DNA from: Eukaryota sp. TZLM1-RC
Taxonomy: Eukaryota; Protista; Metamonada: BaSk clade
Direction of reading: 5' to 3'
Assembly: GCA_040285825.1 (NCBI GenBank)
Contig: JAUPSS010000003.1
Location: 2,852,001 to 2,916,000, forward strand
Length of the DNA stretch: 64,000 bases
In this document: in pieces, positions 32,090-44,652 of the stretch
Numbering within the stretch: the stretch's first letter is position 1
Layout: every line of letters starts with the position of its first letter
The notes under the pieces: generated by a model
The model's database searches: none
Seen by the model: only the letters and a program-made list of their open reading frames with translations
What the model was told of the DNA's origin: nothing
Translations under genes and position numbers: made by a program

Positions 32090-33455
32090 CTATTCTTGAT
32101 CCAATTGAATAACCACACAAATTTTTGTGGTTGGGTTCACTTGCACAAAATGAGTGTTCAATTGGATCAACGGGAGGAGGCTCGTAGGTGTCATCAATTC
32201 TTCGACGTTGCCTAGGACGTACCTGTTGTTGAAGTCAGGAGTTTCGCTTTTGACTCTTGGCAGGTATATCGTGTGTTCCAGTGGCTCTGGTGGTCGCCAA
32301 TTCTCTGGCTGTGCAGCGATTTTGGTTTTTTTGGGCGCAAAGGAAAATGTGAAGCGGATTGAAACAGCATCTGAACTTATTGTGTAAGTCAGATACTTCT
32401 TTTTTCTGAAACAGGCAAACGGCCCCTTCAGCAAACAGTGGTTGGCATTAAAAGAGATAAAATGCTTTTCCAGTTTTTTTTACTAGAAAAGATAAACCAA
32501 GGAAAATAATTGGGGAATGGGCACACAGCATTTCTTCGCATGGTATCATACGCATTATTTTCCAGAAAGGGTAAGCTATTTAGCCCAGCAGTGAATATGT
32601 AGGTGGTGTTGTCTGGATTGAAATCAATATTGTCCAGCATCAACATAGTGTCAAAACGATGAGGGTCGACTACCTGCTGAGAAAATAGGTCCATTATGTA
32701 CTCATGGTGACCTTCATCATACCATGCGCGCAAAGAGTCAGGAATAGTGACTGCAGTCGTGTTCACCACTAATGAAGCATTTTTCATTGGACAAGGGCAC
32801 TCAAAGAAGGTAGCCATTGTCCGGAAGAAGTTCAGCTTCCAGAAGACAGAACCATCAATGAGTATTTGACAAAAGCTGTTCGCCATTTGCAGTGCGCGAA
32901 GGTTTGTACTGTCAGAGTGGAACCAATTGTCGGTTCCTTTCTGAAAGCCAATAGGAGGAAATGGCCAGTCAGATCGGAAAAAAACATTATAGAGTGCGCG
33001 GTACACTTCCATATGATTTTCGAAGGGACGTCTCACAGTCGGATGAGTTACCATGACAAAGTCTTGGCATTGGTACCAAAACTGTTGTTCATAAAACCAG
33101 GAAACCATTTTAGGATATTGGATGACGAACAGCTGTGCTGACCGGGCAGCAAGCACAGTGACAGTTCGAATATAGCGAAACTGTCTTTCCATTGAAACAA
33201 GAGCTGCATTAGAGAAGAACTGAGCAGCACTTGCTGGAACTGTCGTCTTGCTGTCGTTTTTTGGTTGCTCACGACGGTTAACCTCCCAGGGGAGTACACG
33301 CCCTCGACGTGGCAACTCTGGATTTGCCATTGGGAATGTCAGTCATCTACCAAGCTACAGTTGAAGTTGATCTTATGGACAGTTGAACCTATTTTTGTAA
33401 TAAATTGTGTAATAATTTGTGATAAATTTTCTTAAATGAACTTTTGAGATGATTT

Positions 33456-34368
33456 TTTTTGCGAAACCTTTTTATTCTAAACCTATAAATCAACATCTAA
33501 AAAATCCATCTCTCCCAAAACAAAAACACTAGATGCAACTGTCTCATAGTGAGATCCAAGAGAAAGCAAAGCATCAGAAACCATCTTCAACATCCCCTTA
33601 AATATAGAAAACACAATTCTATTTTGCCAAAACAATCTGTTGAAATTTCTCCCAGTTCTTCTCTTTACAATCATTTCAAAATCATCCAAAAAAACGTAAA
33701 GCATCTGGTGCAAGTGAACCAAAAAGGGAAAATACAAATGGATACAAATTGTATTTTGCATGCTGTAGACTGGCCAATTTGGACAAAGGTTCATTGTATT
33801 TTTTGAATTTAAGATTTTCAGCATTTGAAAGGGGATTATGAATTTCAGAATTAACAAGCCTTTCATTTGAGGCATTACAAGGATCAACAGACATTACATC
33901 CAATAAAATGAAGCTTCCATCTAATCCAGGTAATATGACATCACCTCTATTATTCTTATGAAAATCATTTTCAGCATCAAACAGATTTGACAACAGAGGT
34001 TCCAAGAAGGATTCAATTCTATGAGATTTACACATACAATATAACTGGTCTCTTACAGCATCATGAACCTTGCTTCTAAAAGTAATAAAATGTTTACAAT
34101 TTAACAAATGAGTAGTTGTAATTTCTCGAGAACATTTACAAATTAAATTATGAGGTAAATTATCAGGCCAGATAAAGGAACGAAATCTCATATTCAGAGT
34201 CCAAGCAGAATCGGATAAGAGAGTACCATAAACTTGTGGAATTGTTGTTACTAAGGCAGAAGAAGTACTGTCACACATATCTTGTAAAAGATTTGCAAAA
34301 GCGGGATTCTTTCTCTTGGCCAAGCCAAGTCTAACATCAAAATCCAAGCTTTCAAAAATCTTTGACAA
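33456..34368 (-). mobile_element. 5'-truncated CRE-A copy
   Basis: Near-identical to the other CRE-A copies. TSD ttttgagatgattt at 33442-55 and 34369-82. Confidence 0.9.
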
Positions 34369-34433
34369 TTTTGAGATGATTTAGATACATTAATCTAGAG
34401 GCTTGCAAACCAAAACCTTAATGAGAGAAAAAA

Positions 34434-35033
34434 ATGTCATGTCTTCCTTCAGATGACTCAGTTGAAGAACGATTGTGTGTTCTCTATGGCGGTGTCCATT
34501 GTCTCAATAGGATACATGACATAGTAACCCTCTACCCTGTTGAACTACAACCATCGATTGCTTCTTCTCTAACAATATCTGCTCTATACACAGTGTTTAT
34601 TGAGCCGTTTGAAAGATTTCGACGACTATACTCTTCTGAACTTCGACCTCGTAATCCAGGTTATGCACCACTCTCCCATCAGATTCAAATGTCTGTAGTG
34701 AAAGCATCAGGATACACCAACATATTCACTTCTGCTACCATTCAATCCATCCATGCAAACCTAAAGATGGCAGAAGTTCCAAGTTTCCTAGTACCAAGAA
34801 TCTTCAGAAATGCCATTTCACACAGCAATTATTCTTTTATATCTTGCAAACATGATCCAAACAACTTCTTGCTAGCCGACATGCTCCTTTGGAACGCTAT
34901 TCCACCATTAGACAAGGCAGATAAGTTGCAAATAGTGCGAGTTAATGTTAAGATTCTCTGGCAGTACGTGCTGGACTTTGGAAAGTGTGTTGAAGATGCA
35001 GTCAAACAAAGTGGGCTAGATATGGTAAGTTAG
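34434..35033 (+). CDS. Hypothetical protein with a HEPN-like RxxxxH motif
   Basis: 199-aa ORF containing FRNAISH. May have a 29-nt 3' intron (gtaagt...ttag) near the end. Confidence 0.5.
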   Translation: MSCLPSDDSVEERLCVLYGGVHCLNRIHDIVTLYPVELQPSIASSLTISALYTVFIEPFERFRRLYSSELRPRNPGYAPLSHQIQMSVVKASGYTNIFTSATIQSIHANLKMAEVPSFLVPRIFRNAISHSNYSFISCKHDPNNFLLADMLLWNAIPPLDKADKLQIVRVNVKILWQYVLDFGKCVEDAVKQSGLDMVS

Positions 35034-35248
35034 TTTTTTCGTGTGATTTTTAGTTTTCCAAAATATTTGTTTTTTTTGGGACCTTATTATTGATATTGAA
35101 TTTTATGTTTGGTTTCATTTATATCCATTATCTGCAATCATCTGATTCGGTTTTTTTTGTTTTGATGTTAGTTACCTATTCTTTAAGATACATTTGATTT
35201 ATGAATTAACATTTTTTATTAATAAGCACCTCATTCACTGTTGTCTTC

Positions 35249-35825
35249 TAGGGCTGGTAATGGATTGATGCTTACAATTGATCCAAATCCATCCATTATC
35301 CATCCAAATAAGTTTTAGTCCAGTTTTCATGGTGGTTGTACAGTTGCTTGATTCTAATATCGAAATCAATTTTGAGTGCCTTGAAATCCAAAATTCTCAC
35401 CAAAAGTTGTTAAATCAGAAATTTACATTACAAACACTACTTTGTACCACATGAACAAAGACATAATAAAGCTTCAACATCCTCTGGTGACAACCAATTC
35501 CAATAATCTGCTGTTATGTTACCAACTATAGAACAAAGTTGTTTGCACTGAAGAGAGAAAAAGACAGAGACAAGTCTAAGATTTTCCAATATGTTAATCT
35601 AAACTAAATTAACCCAAAAATTATTATAACTTTACGTTAGTGTTCATCAATTTTGAAACGAGCAGACTCAGACACTTGGAGGTTAAAAGTGCTGAATTAT
35701 TGGGTATCCATAGATGGACATAACCCTTGTACCAATGGATACTGACATTTGACATCCTTACTCAGTTAGATAGTGGACGAACGGATGGATGGATGCCGGG
35801 TGGATCGAATCCATTGCTAACCCTA
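35249..35825 (-). mobile_element. Internally deleted hAT element
   Basis: Imperfect TIR TAGGGCTGGTAATGGAT/ATCCATTGCTAACCCTA, ATCCA/TGGAT subterminal repeats, and the remnant LSPEDVEALLCL (hAT dimerisation domain). No clear TSD. Confidence 0.65.
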
Positions 35826-36115
35826 CAACCTCTTGTGTTGGTACTATGAGCGTCTGCATTGTTTAAAGTGAAATTTTAAAACAAATCAATCAAGATAATG
35901 ATTTAAACCAGAATCTTTATTTCTAATTAATGGCTTAAATACACAATTCAAAAGTTTTGGTATTCTTAACATTTATGCAATTCGATTGTGATGTGAAGAA
36001 AACTAAATTAAAATATAGTTTAATATTGAGGAAAAAAAGAAAAGAAGAATAAATGGTCAGAAATTGAAATAAATAAAATAAGTAAATACTTAACCCTAAA
36101 AAATTAATTTATCAA

Positions 36116-37615
36116 TTAATCAATCAAAGATTCGCGAAGTTCCTTTTTTAGCATGCCTGCCCAGATGGGACCACGATTCGCATCGTCATTGGATACCCTT
36201 TCATTTGCTCGACATGAAACTTTTCCTTTATCTTTGGACTTCTCAGCTTTCTGATTAGTTCTTCGTTGTCGTTTCCTTTCCTTTGCTTCTTCTTCCAGCT
36301 TCTTGATATCTTTGAACCAAGGATGTAAATAACCCTCGTCAGCCGTCAGCCTTTTTTCAGGATGATACTCTAAGCATCTCTTTAACAGATCATAAAGCTC
36401 TACATCATCCCCACAAATGTCTTTTAGTTTTTGATTAGATTTAATAAAATTCAGCAATTTGGTACTTTTTTCTATATCTTTGCTTGCATATTCAGATGAC
36501 CTTGGGGAGCCATACCTGGTGATAAACGAAACATCTCGATCTTTGGTGATCTTTCGAACATTCATTCTAGAATTAAAATACCCCAAAACTTGCTCATTAC
36601 GATCTCTATTGTAAGAGTCCTCACTGAGAAACCTTCTCGGAATCTTCCGTTCCAACACAGCTTCAAACATTTGTAAATGCTCCCAATTAGAATGTGCAGG
36701 GAAAAGAATCTTTCCGCTTGCCAATTCTGCTAAAATACAGCCGGCAGCCCAAATGTCGACCGGGAAACTCCATTCAAGACCAAAAACAACTTCTGGAGGT
36801 CTGTACTGCCTGGTGCAACAGATAGAAGGTCGTCTGTCATATTCGGCAACAGCAGAACCAAAATCAATTATTTTAATGGCTAAATTCTTTGGTAATTCGT
36901 GTCGAGTTCCATCACTAAACAAAACTTCCTTCCGCTCTTCTTCAGCACAAAGAATGTTCTCGGGCTTCAAGTCAGTGTGTATGATCCTTCTGTCGTTGTG
37001 TAAAAAGTTGAGGCATCTGAATATTTGAAACCCTATCGTTTTAACACAATCTTTTTCCAAACCCCTACCTTTCAAAGAAGGGGTGCGGATGAGAGACAAT
37101 AGCGAGGGGCCACCCTTCTCGAAGGAGAGGCACACGTGTCCTTCATACACAAACCAACCGAGAAGGGTGATAGTGTGAAAATGATAAGATTTATGAGCAT
37201 AGAGATCCCGAAGGAAGCATTTCTCGTAAATGGCGGCCTCTGTGTAACGTTCGATGGCCCGGACAACCTTGATGGCAACATTGTACCGACGTTGTTTATC
37301 ATAGCATTCCAACACAGTACCAAATGTTCCTTGTCCCAACTTTTGGATCACAGTATAACGTTCAGTGAGTGACTGGCCAGGACGCACAATGAAATAGCCT
37401 TCATCATCACATACTGGGGATTGTGAGGGAGATATGGAAGAACAAGAAGATTCAATATCAGAGATAGGAATAGGTTGAGGTAGATCAGTAAAGTCCCTGT
37501 GACCACGTTTATATAGGGGGGATCCAGGTCGCCCAGTTGCAAGACGTGCTCCAGGCTTTGACCAAACGACAGGCTGTATCACTCTACGTGATTGTGGTGA
37601 ATCCCTGCCTGTCAT
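36116..37615 (-). CDS. LAMMER/CLK-family dual-specificity kinase
   Basis: GQGTFG, VAIK, HTDLKPEN, DFGSA, TRQYRPPE, and EHLQMFEAVL (EHLAMMERIL-like). Confidence 0.9.
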   Translation of the reverse strand: MTGRDSPQSRRVIQPVVWSKPGARLATGRPGSPLYKRGHRDFTDLPQPIPISDIESSCSSISPSQSPVCDDEGYFIVRPGQSLTERYTVIQKLGQGTFGTVLECYDKQRRYNVAIKVVRAIERYTEAAIYEKCFLRDLYAHKSYHFHTITLLGWFVYEGHVCLSFEKGGPSLLSLIRTPSLKGRGLEKDCVKTIGFQIFRCLNFLHNDRRIIHTDLKPENILCAEEERKEVLFSDGTRHELPKNLAIKIIDFGSAVAEYDRRPSICCTRQYRPPEVVFGLEWSFPVDIWAAGCILAELASGKILFPAHSNWEHLQMFEAVLERKIPRRFLSEDSYNRDRNEQVLGYFNSRMNVRKITKDRDVSFITRYGSPRSSEYASKDIEKSTKLLNFIKSNQKLKDICGDDVELYDLLKRCLEYHPEKRLTADEGYLHPWFKDIKKLEEEAKERKRQRRTNQKAEKSKDKGKVSCRANERVSNDDANRGPIWAGMLKKELRESLID

Positions 37616-37851
37616 GAGAACGACAGGTTGGATAGGGTGAAGATCAAACTTTCATTTCCACAATTTTATTAATTCAATTTGCTACTATTCAATTTGTATA
37701 ATTTATGGATTATTTTGTTTTTTTATCGAGTAAGTGCAGCAATGGCGAAAAAACAAGCAGACCAGGATTTTGTAGATGAAATCTTGGTTAATTGATTTTT
37801 GTCCCATTAGTTCTGATTTAATTTTATTGAGTGTTGTAGTAGTTAAAGAAA

Positions 37852-38062
37852 CAATGAAAAGATTTGATATTTTTTTATGGCGTTCACGGATTCAATTTGC
37901 CATTATTAATAGATTACCTCGGTTTTTCAATCGAATAAGAGAAGCTTTTGCTAGACAGCAAGCAGATCAAGATTTTGTAGAGGAAATCTTGGTTCAATGA
38001 TAGTCGTCCCATTAATTATGAGTTAATTTAATTAAGTGTGCAAATTCAATAAATATTTATTC
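37852..38062 (+). mobile_element. CRE-B 3' end
   Basis: Encodes ...QQADQDFVEEILVQ*. TSD agtagttaaagaaa at 37838-51 and 38063-76. Further stubs at about 37745-37810, 44400-44540 and 55503-55688 (-). Confidence 0.85.
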
Positions 38063-38233
38063 AGTAGTTAAAGAAATTTGTTATTTTCACAAACCTTTAC
38101 AAAACTTTTTATGCATGAATAAATGACCATTTCGGTTACAAGACATCATAGGAAAAAAGTCGCAGCGGAGCATTAAGCACAGAGTGGAGTTTGGGAAATA
38201 ATGATAATTTTGAGATTTGATCAAAGGCAAAAT

Positions 38234-38305
38234 TTCGCATACCGGGAATCGAACCCGGGTCTAGTATGTGAAAGACACTAATGCTAGCCACTACACCATA
38301 TGCGA
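38234..38305 (-). tRNA. tRNA-Glu(TTC)
   Basis: Acceptor stem TCGCATA/TATGCGA; anticodon arm AGTGT-CTTTCAC-ATACT; T arm CCGGG-TTCGATT-CCCGG. Confidence 0.95.
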
Positions 38306-38346
38306 TTTCTGTGATTATTTATAAAAAACGGAAGTGACCCCATTTC

Positions 38347-39497
38347 TTTTTTTTACCAAAATTTTAATTTTATTCAAAACCTATAAATCAACATCTAAAA
38401 AATCCATCTCTCCCAGAACAAAAACACTACATGCAACTCTCTCAAAGTGAGATCCAAGAGAAAGCAAACCATCAGAAACCATCTTCAACATACCCTTAAA
38501 AATAGAAAACACAATTCTATTTTGCCAAAACAATCTGTTGAAATTTCTGCCAGTTCTTCTCTTTTCAATCATTTCAAAATCATCCAAAAAACGTAAAGCA
38601 GTTGGTGAAAGTGAACCAAAAAGGGAAAATACAAAAGGATACAAATTGTATTTTGCATGCTGTAGACTGGCCAATTTGGACAAAGGTTCATTGTATTTTT
38701 TGAATTTAAAATTTTCAGCATTTGAAAGGGGATTATGAACTTCAGAATTAACTAGCCTTACATTTGAGGCATTACAAGGATCAACAGACATTACATCCCA
38801 TAAAATGAAACTTCCATCTAATCCAGGTAATATAACATCACCTCTATTATTCTTATGAAAATCATCTTCAGCATCAAACAGATTTGACAACAGAGGTTCC
38901 AAGAAGGATTCAATTCTATGAGATTTACACATACAATATAACTGGTCTCTCACAGCATCATGAACCTTGCTTCTAAAAGTAATAAAATGTTTACAATTTA
39001 ACAAATGAGTAGTTGTAATTTCTCGAGAACATTTACAAATTAAATTATGAGGTAAATTATCAGGCCAGATAAAGGAACGAAATCTCATATTCAGAGTCCA
39101 AGCAGAATCGGATAAGAGAGTACCATAAACTTGTGGAATTGTTGTTACTAAGGCAGAAGAAGTACTGTCACGCATATCTTGTAAAAGATTTGCAAAAGCG
39201 GGATTCTTTTTCTTGGCGAAGCCAAGTCTAACATCAAAATCCAAGCTTTCAAAAATCTTTGACAATTTTTGTTGAAGCTTTTTACAGCAAAACTGTAAAT
39301 TAAAAAGAGATCGGTTTGGAATTTCTTGAATTGATTGAGGAAAACATTTGGTCCAAATTTGTGGCGGCAATTTTTCAAGTTCATAAGATAACTCATACAA
39401 ATAGGGACTGCAATTGGGAACTAACAGATGAGAATCATCAGGAAATCTACGAGAAAATTCATAAATACAATTTTTGCCACCACCCAAGAAACACTGT
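38347..39497 (-). mobile_element. 5'-truncated CRE-A copy just upstream of tRNA-Glu
   Basis: ORF at 38381-39487, A-tail, TSD ccccatttc at 38338-46 and 39498-506. Confidence 0.9.
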
Positions 39498-39919
39498 CCC
39501 CATTTCAGATGTTTCTTGTGTTTTTTTGTTTTTTATTCGGTTATTGACCCTTGTAATTCTTCTCTCGATGTTCGTTTTTTTCAAAATTTAATTCTGATGT
39601 CAACAATCTTCTTGCTGGGGAAAAATACAAAATTGCTGAATATGCGAGCCTATTTTCATCTGTGAATTAAAATTCTCATGCTCGACATAATTTATGTCCC
39701 TTTTGGTTTTCCTTTGCTCAGTTCTTTAGCTCAGACTGCTTTGGTATTCCTTGATGATCTCAGTGTAGAAAGGACATGAACAACTTACAATTGTGTTTAT
39801 TGGCAAAATAGAATTGTGTTTTCGATTAATAGGGGAATGCTGAAATACATTTATGATTCATAATCTTCCTTTGGTCGATTTATAGAACCATTGAATTGTT
39901 TTGAAAATCGATCCCCCAT

Positions 39920-42860
39920 TTGAATAATTAGCTACACGTCTGATTGCTGTAGTAAAGCCAAGCAATTAAACCTGTTGGCATACGTCCCATTGCCGTTAGT
40001 GAATCCTTATGTCGTTGGTTGGCTTCGATTGTTGTTGATCATGTTATTTCCAAAAAGCTATCAATTCTGTGAAGCGAAAAGCAATTTTTGATGTAATTAA
40101 ATCTTATTTTCCGGAGCTTTCCAGTTAGTTCTATCACATTTATGGTAAAGAATTAGATTTAATTTGTATTTCATTTGCTCTAAAATCATCTTCTGGTGTG
40201 AAGCAAGGTGATCCATTAGGTCCTTTATTCTGTGGTTCAGCAATTCAAAAAACTGTAGATATCATCAAGCAACAATAACCTTCTCTCAAAATATTTGCTT
40301 ATTTGTATGATATTTCGCTCATTAGTTCATTTAATTTACCGCAGTTGGTTGCTCAAAAAATTGTCAACTTATATGAAAATATTGGGTTTCATCTATATGC
40401 GAGTAAATGCCTTTTGATTGACTATTCTCCTCAAGACCTTGTGATAAGTGAATGTGTTCTTCTTTTCACTAATTTCAGTACTGATGCTTCCAAAATTACT
40501 TGGTTGCTTGTTGGGACATGTATCTCAAATTTTGCATGAATTACAAGGGATTTTGGAAAAAATGAAAAATGAACTTGATTCAATTTCTGCTTTGGATTTA
40601 GAAAAACATATTAGACGATGCCTAAAATTTGGTATACTAGGAGATATCCCATATTTTGAGATCTTTTGCTTTTTGCATAATATTGAATTTTTTTCGATTC
40701 TTTAATTTATTCAAGACAGAATTCTTTGCTGATTTATTGGATGTATATCCAGGAACATCAAAGCATCATTTGATTCATGCAGCAAATTTTGGAGGTGTTG
40801 GTTTTGGAAAATCCTCTGTTTTGTACCAATCAGCTCTTTGAGTGGATGCAATAATTTTGTCAATGAATTTTCTCATAGATTTCCTGAAGATTTTCATTTG
40901 TAACATTAAAATACCAGTGCATTTATGTATGAGTTATCTTCTGAGCCTGAAAAATTGGCACTGCAATTCTGGATCAAATGGTTTTCCCAATCATTTCAGG
41001 AAATTCCGGACCATTCTCTTTTTGACTTGCAATTTTGTTGAAAAAAAACCTTCAGTAAAAATCGTCAAAAAAAATTTAAAGCTTGTATAATGCTTTTAGA
41101 CTTGGCTAGGCTAAGAAAAAAATCGCGCATTTGCAAATCTTTTACAAGATATGTGTGACAGTACATCTTCTGCCTTAGTAACAACTATTGTTCGAACACA
41201 CCGCCACGTGTGATTTCGCAGTGAGTGAAATTTATTGTTAAATGATCAACTTGTTACCCTTAACCAATACATTATAATTAATATTGTCAAACATTGAAAC
41301 TACATAAACACTGTTTAACTACTTTTCCATAACAATTACTTCATCTATCCATTCAGGAAAATCTTACCTTCTTCCTTGGCTGTAGAGGTGTTCCTTCTTG
41401 AGTTGACCATAACAAATGCTACTTGTCCGCCGTAGCCTGTGTCAATATGTTCCTCAACTTCGTGTAAATGCTTCCAAATGCAGACCAGTTTCGTTCTACG
41501 GTAGTTGAGGAGCATACTTTTTTCAATCAATCGCTTCCAATACTCTTGAGCTTACAGTTTCCTAAACCATGTTATTGATACCACAAGTTGCCTATAATTA
41601 CGTCAATTCTCCCCCTAAACAATTTTTTTAATTAAGTCCATAGTGACCCTTTTTTTCTCTATGTATTGGCCATTCATGAAGAGCAAGCTGATATTCTGCT
41701 TCTGAATAAGTCATTTACCTAAAATATTGATAGAACCCATCTAATACAATGGGAGACAATGATTCGAGTTGATTAAGGCAAGAAGGTTCTAAACTATAAG
41801 CTGTGTAATGACTGATCCGAATTGCACTCCCTGTTCTATTCAACACAACATTTTTCAAGTCTTCAGTACTTAAGCTATCAAGAATTCTTAGGGGTGTTTC
41901 TTCTTTCTTAGGGGATGTGCTGTTCAATCTCTGTTAACATTTCGTGCACTTTACTTAACTGTGGACTGTCTTAGCTTGAAAAATTTTGTCCACGATAGGT
42001 TTCCACTGATTTGCAATTGGGATTGTGGAAGACCAAAAGGGATTATTTAATATTTTTCTTTGTGAGATTGTTTACCATCTCTTTGCTTTTTACTCACAAC
42101 CATTCCTCAAGTTTATGGCACTCTCTCAACTTATTCCGTCCGGACTTTGAATGGAGACTTCGTTCCTTTATCTGGCCTGATAGTCTACCTCATAATTTAT
42201 TTGGAAAAGTAGTCGAAAAATTACAACTACTCATTTGTTAAACTGTAAGCATTTTATTACTTTTAGAAGCAAGGTTCATGATGCTATAAGAGACCAATTA
42301 TATTGTATGTGTAAGTCTCATAGAATTGAATCCTTCTTGGAACCTTTGTTGTCAAATCTGTTTGATGCTGAAGATGATTTTCATAAGAATAATAGAGGTG
42401 ATGTCATATTACCAGGATTAGATGGAACTTTCATTTTATTGGATGTAATGTCTGTTGATCCTTGTAATGCCTCAAATGAAAGGCTAGTTAATTCTGAAAT
42501 TCATAATCCTCTTTCAAATGCTGAAAATTTCAAAATCAAAAAATACAATGAACCTTTGTCCAAATTGTCCAGTCAACAGCATGCAAAATACAATTTGTAT
42601 CCATTTGTATTTTCTCAATTTGGTTCACTTGCTCCCACGGTTATACGTTTTTTGGAAGATTTTGAAATGATTGTAAAGAGAAGAACCAACAGAAATTTCA
42701 ACAGATTGTTTTGGTAAGATAGAATTCTTTTTTCTATTATTAAGGACATCTGCTTTCTCTTGGATCTGACTATGAAAGAGTTGCATCTAGTTGTTTTGCT
42801 TTGGGAGAGATGGATTAGTTAAATCTTGATTTATAAGTTGTTTAATGAATAAATATTGAT
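39920..42860 (+). pseudogene. Old, degenerate CRE-A-like copy split by a hAT remnant
   Basis: GVKQGDPLGP and endonuclease segments are recognisable, with many stops. Homology breaks at about 41186 and resumes at about 42100. Confidence 0.75.
41186..42100 (-). pseudogene. hAT transposase remnant
   Basis: CSSTTVERNWSAFGSIYTKLRN.L (dimerisation domain) and HYTAYSLEP. The left end tattgttcgaac resembles the CAGTGTTCGGA TIR. Confidence 0.7.
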
Positions 42861-43129
42861 TAAAAAAAGAATTTATGAAACAATTTTCAAAATTTTGAGC
42901 AATTAATTGTTTCGATGCAGGAGAAACAGGTTTCGAAGATGTGCAGAAGACAAAGGCTTTTGTTTTGTTGGCGTTTTAAAAAGATAAATTTAATTAAAAG
43001 TTAAATAAAACTAGAACCATTTAAAGTATTTATGGAAGAACTGAATTATATTTACATCACTATTGTATTTAAAAGAAATGATATTTTATTAAAGAATGAA
43101 TAGTAATATCAAACTCACAACTAAACAAA

Positions 43130-43975
43130 AAACTAGAACTCAATATCCTCAATACACGCATCAACATCATCAAATCTTTTAAGCGCGCGATTTTCATACT
43201 CTATTCCTAATTGTAACAGTGCTTTGGTTATCATTTCGGGAATTTCTTTAAGTATACTAAAAAATTCTATTGGACCAAAAAATGAAGTTCAACACTTTTC
43301 CTGCTCTTTCCTTTATAAAGCATCTGAAATTTTCAAGAAATTTAATACCAGATATTCCAATGTTACCAAAAAGAAAAACAGCAAATGGAACCAGCTGATC
43401 CTTTACATGCTCAACACGCCCAGCTGAGATAAGGGTTCTTTTTACTTTTTGATGTTTCTCTTTTCAGCAAAGCAAAGTGGAATTTCATCCTTTTTACCAA
43501 AATCAATTGCTTCTTTACAAACATCAACAGTGACAACAGCAACAACTTTGATCACACCATCAGACCCAGGGGTAATCAAAACAGCACAGCGTTTCCCGAA
43601 AGTATTATCGTCTTCATTTTCAGGTGACAATTTACGCACAAGTGGTTCAACAAAAGCTTCAATGTGATGATTTTTGCACGTATCGTATAGTTGGTCTCTA
43701 ACAGTATCGTGAACGTCTGAGCGATATGTAATATCAAATTTACAATCGAATAAATGATTCAGATTGACAAACTGACCACAACGACAAATCAAATCATTTG
43801 GCACACTGCATGGCCACAGAATACACTTTATCCTGAAGGCAGTAGTAAATTCATGATCAATTAACAATAAACTATAAACATTTGGAATCTGGGAAATGAG
43901 ACAACTTGAGCTACTTTCCTTAAGATCAATTAAAAAGTTCGCAAAAACGGGATTTTTTAGCCAAGCCAAGACTTA
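43130..43975 (-). pseudogene. CRE-like family C fragment (also about 47645-48010 and 54215-54545)
   Basis: CRCGQ..NLNH.F.CK..YRS.VHD..RD zinc finger, endonuclease remnants, C-terminus DAC(I/L)EDIEF. Confidence 0.75.
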
Positions 43976-44652
43976 ATCTCCGTCCTAATTGTGAGTTTAT
44001 TTTGCAAATTCTTAAACTCAGAAATTTGGTAAAAATCAACCAAAGGTTTCAAAACGTTTGATTATGAAATAGTTTCATTGTCACTATTGGAACTCCATTA
44101 GCTATCTTGTCCCACATATACACAGGATGTTTTTACAACTCGCCGACAAAATCACCTAAAGTTGAACAGGTAATGGTTCTTTAATTAAGTAAAATTGAAT
44201 CCTTATATGTTGTAATTGTTGAAAAAAAGCTTCGACGCCAACTTTTTCCCCAAATTTGAACCGTAAAATAAAATCCCTTTGTTATACCTAAAATAGTTGT
44301 GATTTTTGGTCTGGTTTGTTTGGTGTGTATTGGTGTTGAACCAAACTTACAATCAGTAAATGGAGAAGGAAATTTAGACTATTTCTGTCTTCGTTTTATC
44401 GGTTTTTACAATCGAATAAGAGAAATATCAGCTAGACAGCAAGCAGATCAAGATTTTGTAGAGGAAATCTTGGTTCAATGATATTTGTCCCATTAGTTAT
44501 GAATTAATTTAATCAAATGTGCATGTTCAATAAATAATAAAATTTAATCGAAACAGAATATATCTTTTTGCTTTTTGTTCTCAAAGCAAAACGAAATAGT
44601 CTAATATACAGTTTATTACAACTAATAATAAATATTAACAACTAATAACTAA

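Larger units (their letters stand above)
23934..33330 (-). pseudogene. Fanzor1 family C (about 630 codons, 33330 to 24100) split by a Gypsy insertion, plus 3' non-coding tail
   Basis: ISSDAVS (TDGVS-like) and CASEPNHKNLCG (RuvC-I position). The frame continues across the CTAT TSD. Then FGSG, DEFYTS, CPQC..WWRDISASRN and ERPEGFRR. Confidence 0.8.

Noticed and set aside
38234-39500. tRNA-targeted retrotransposition
   Set aside because: Only one of six CRE-A copies with a TSD is next to a tRNA gene.
41340-41930. Ulp1 protease-like fragment
   Set aside because: Another frame gives the clear hAT motif SS..ERNWS.F..I.TK.RN.
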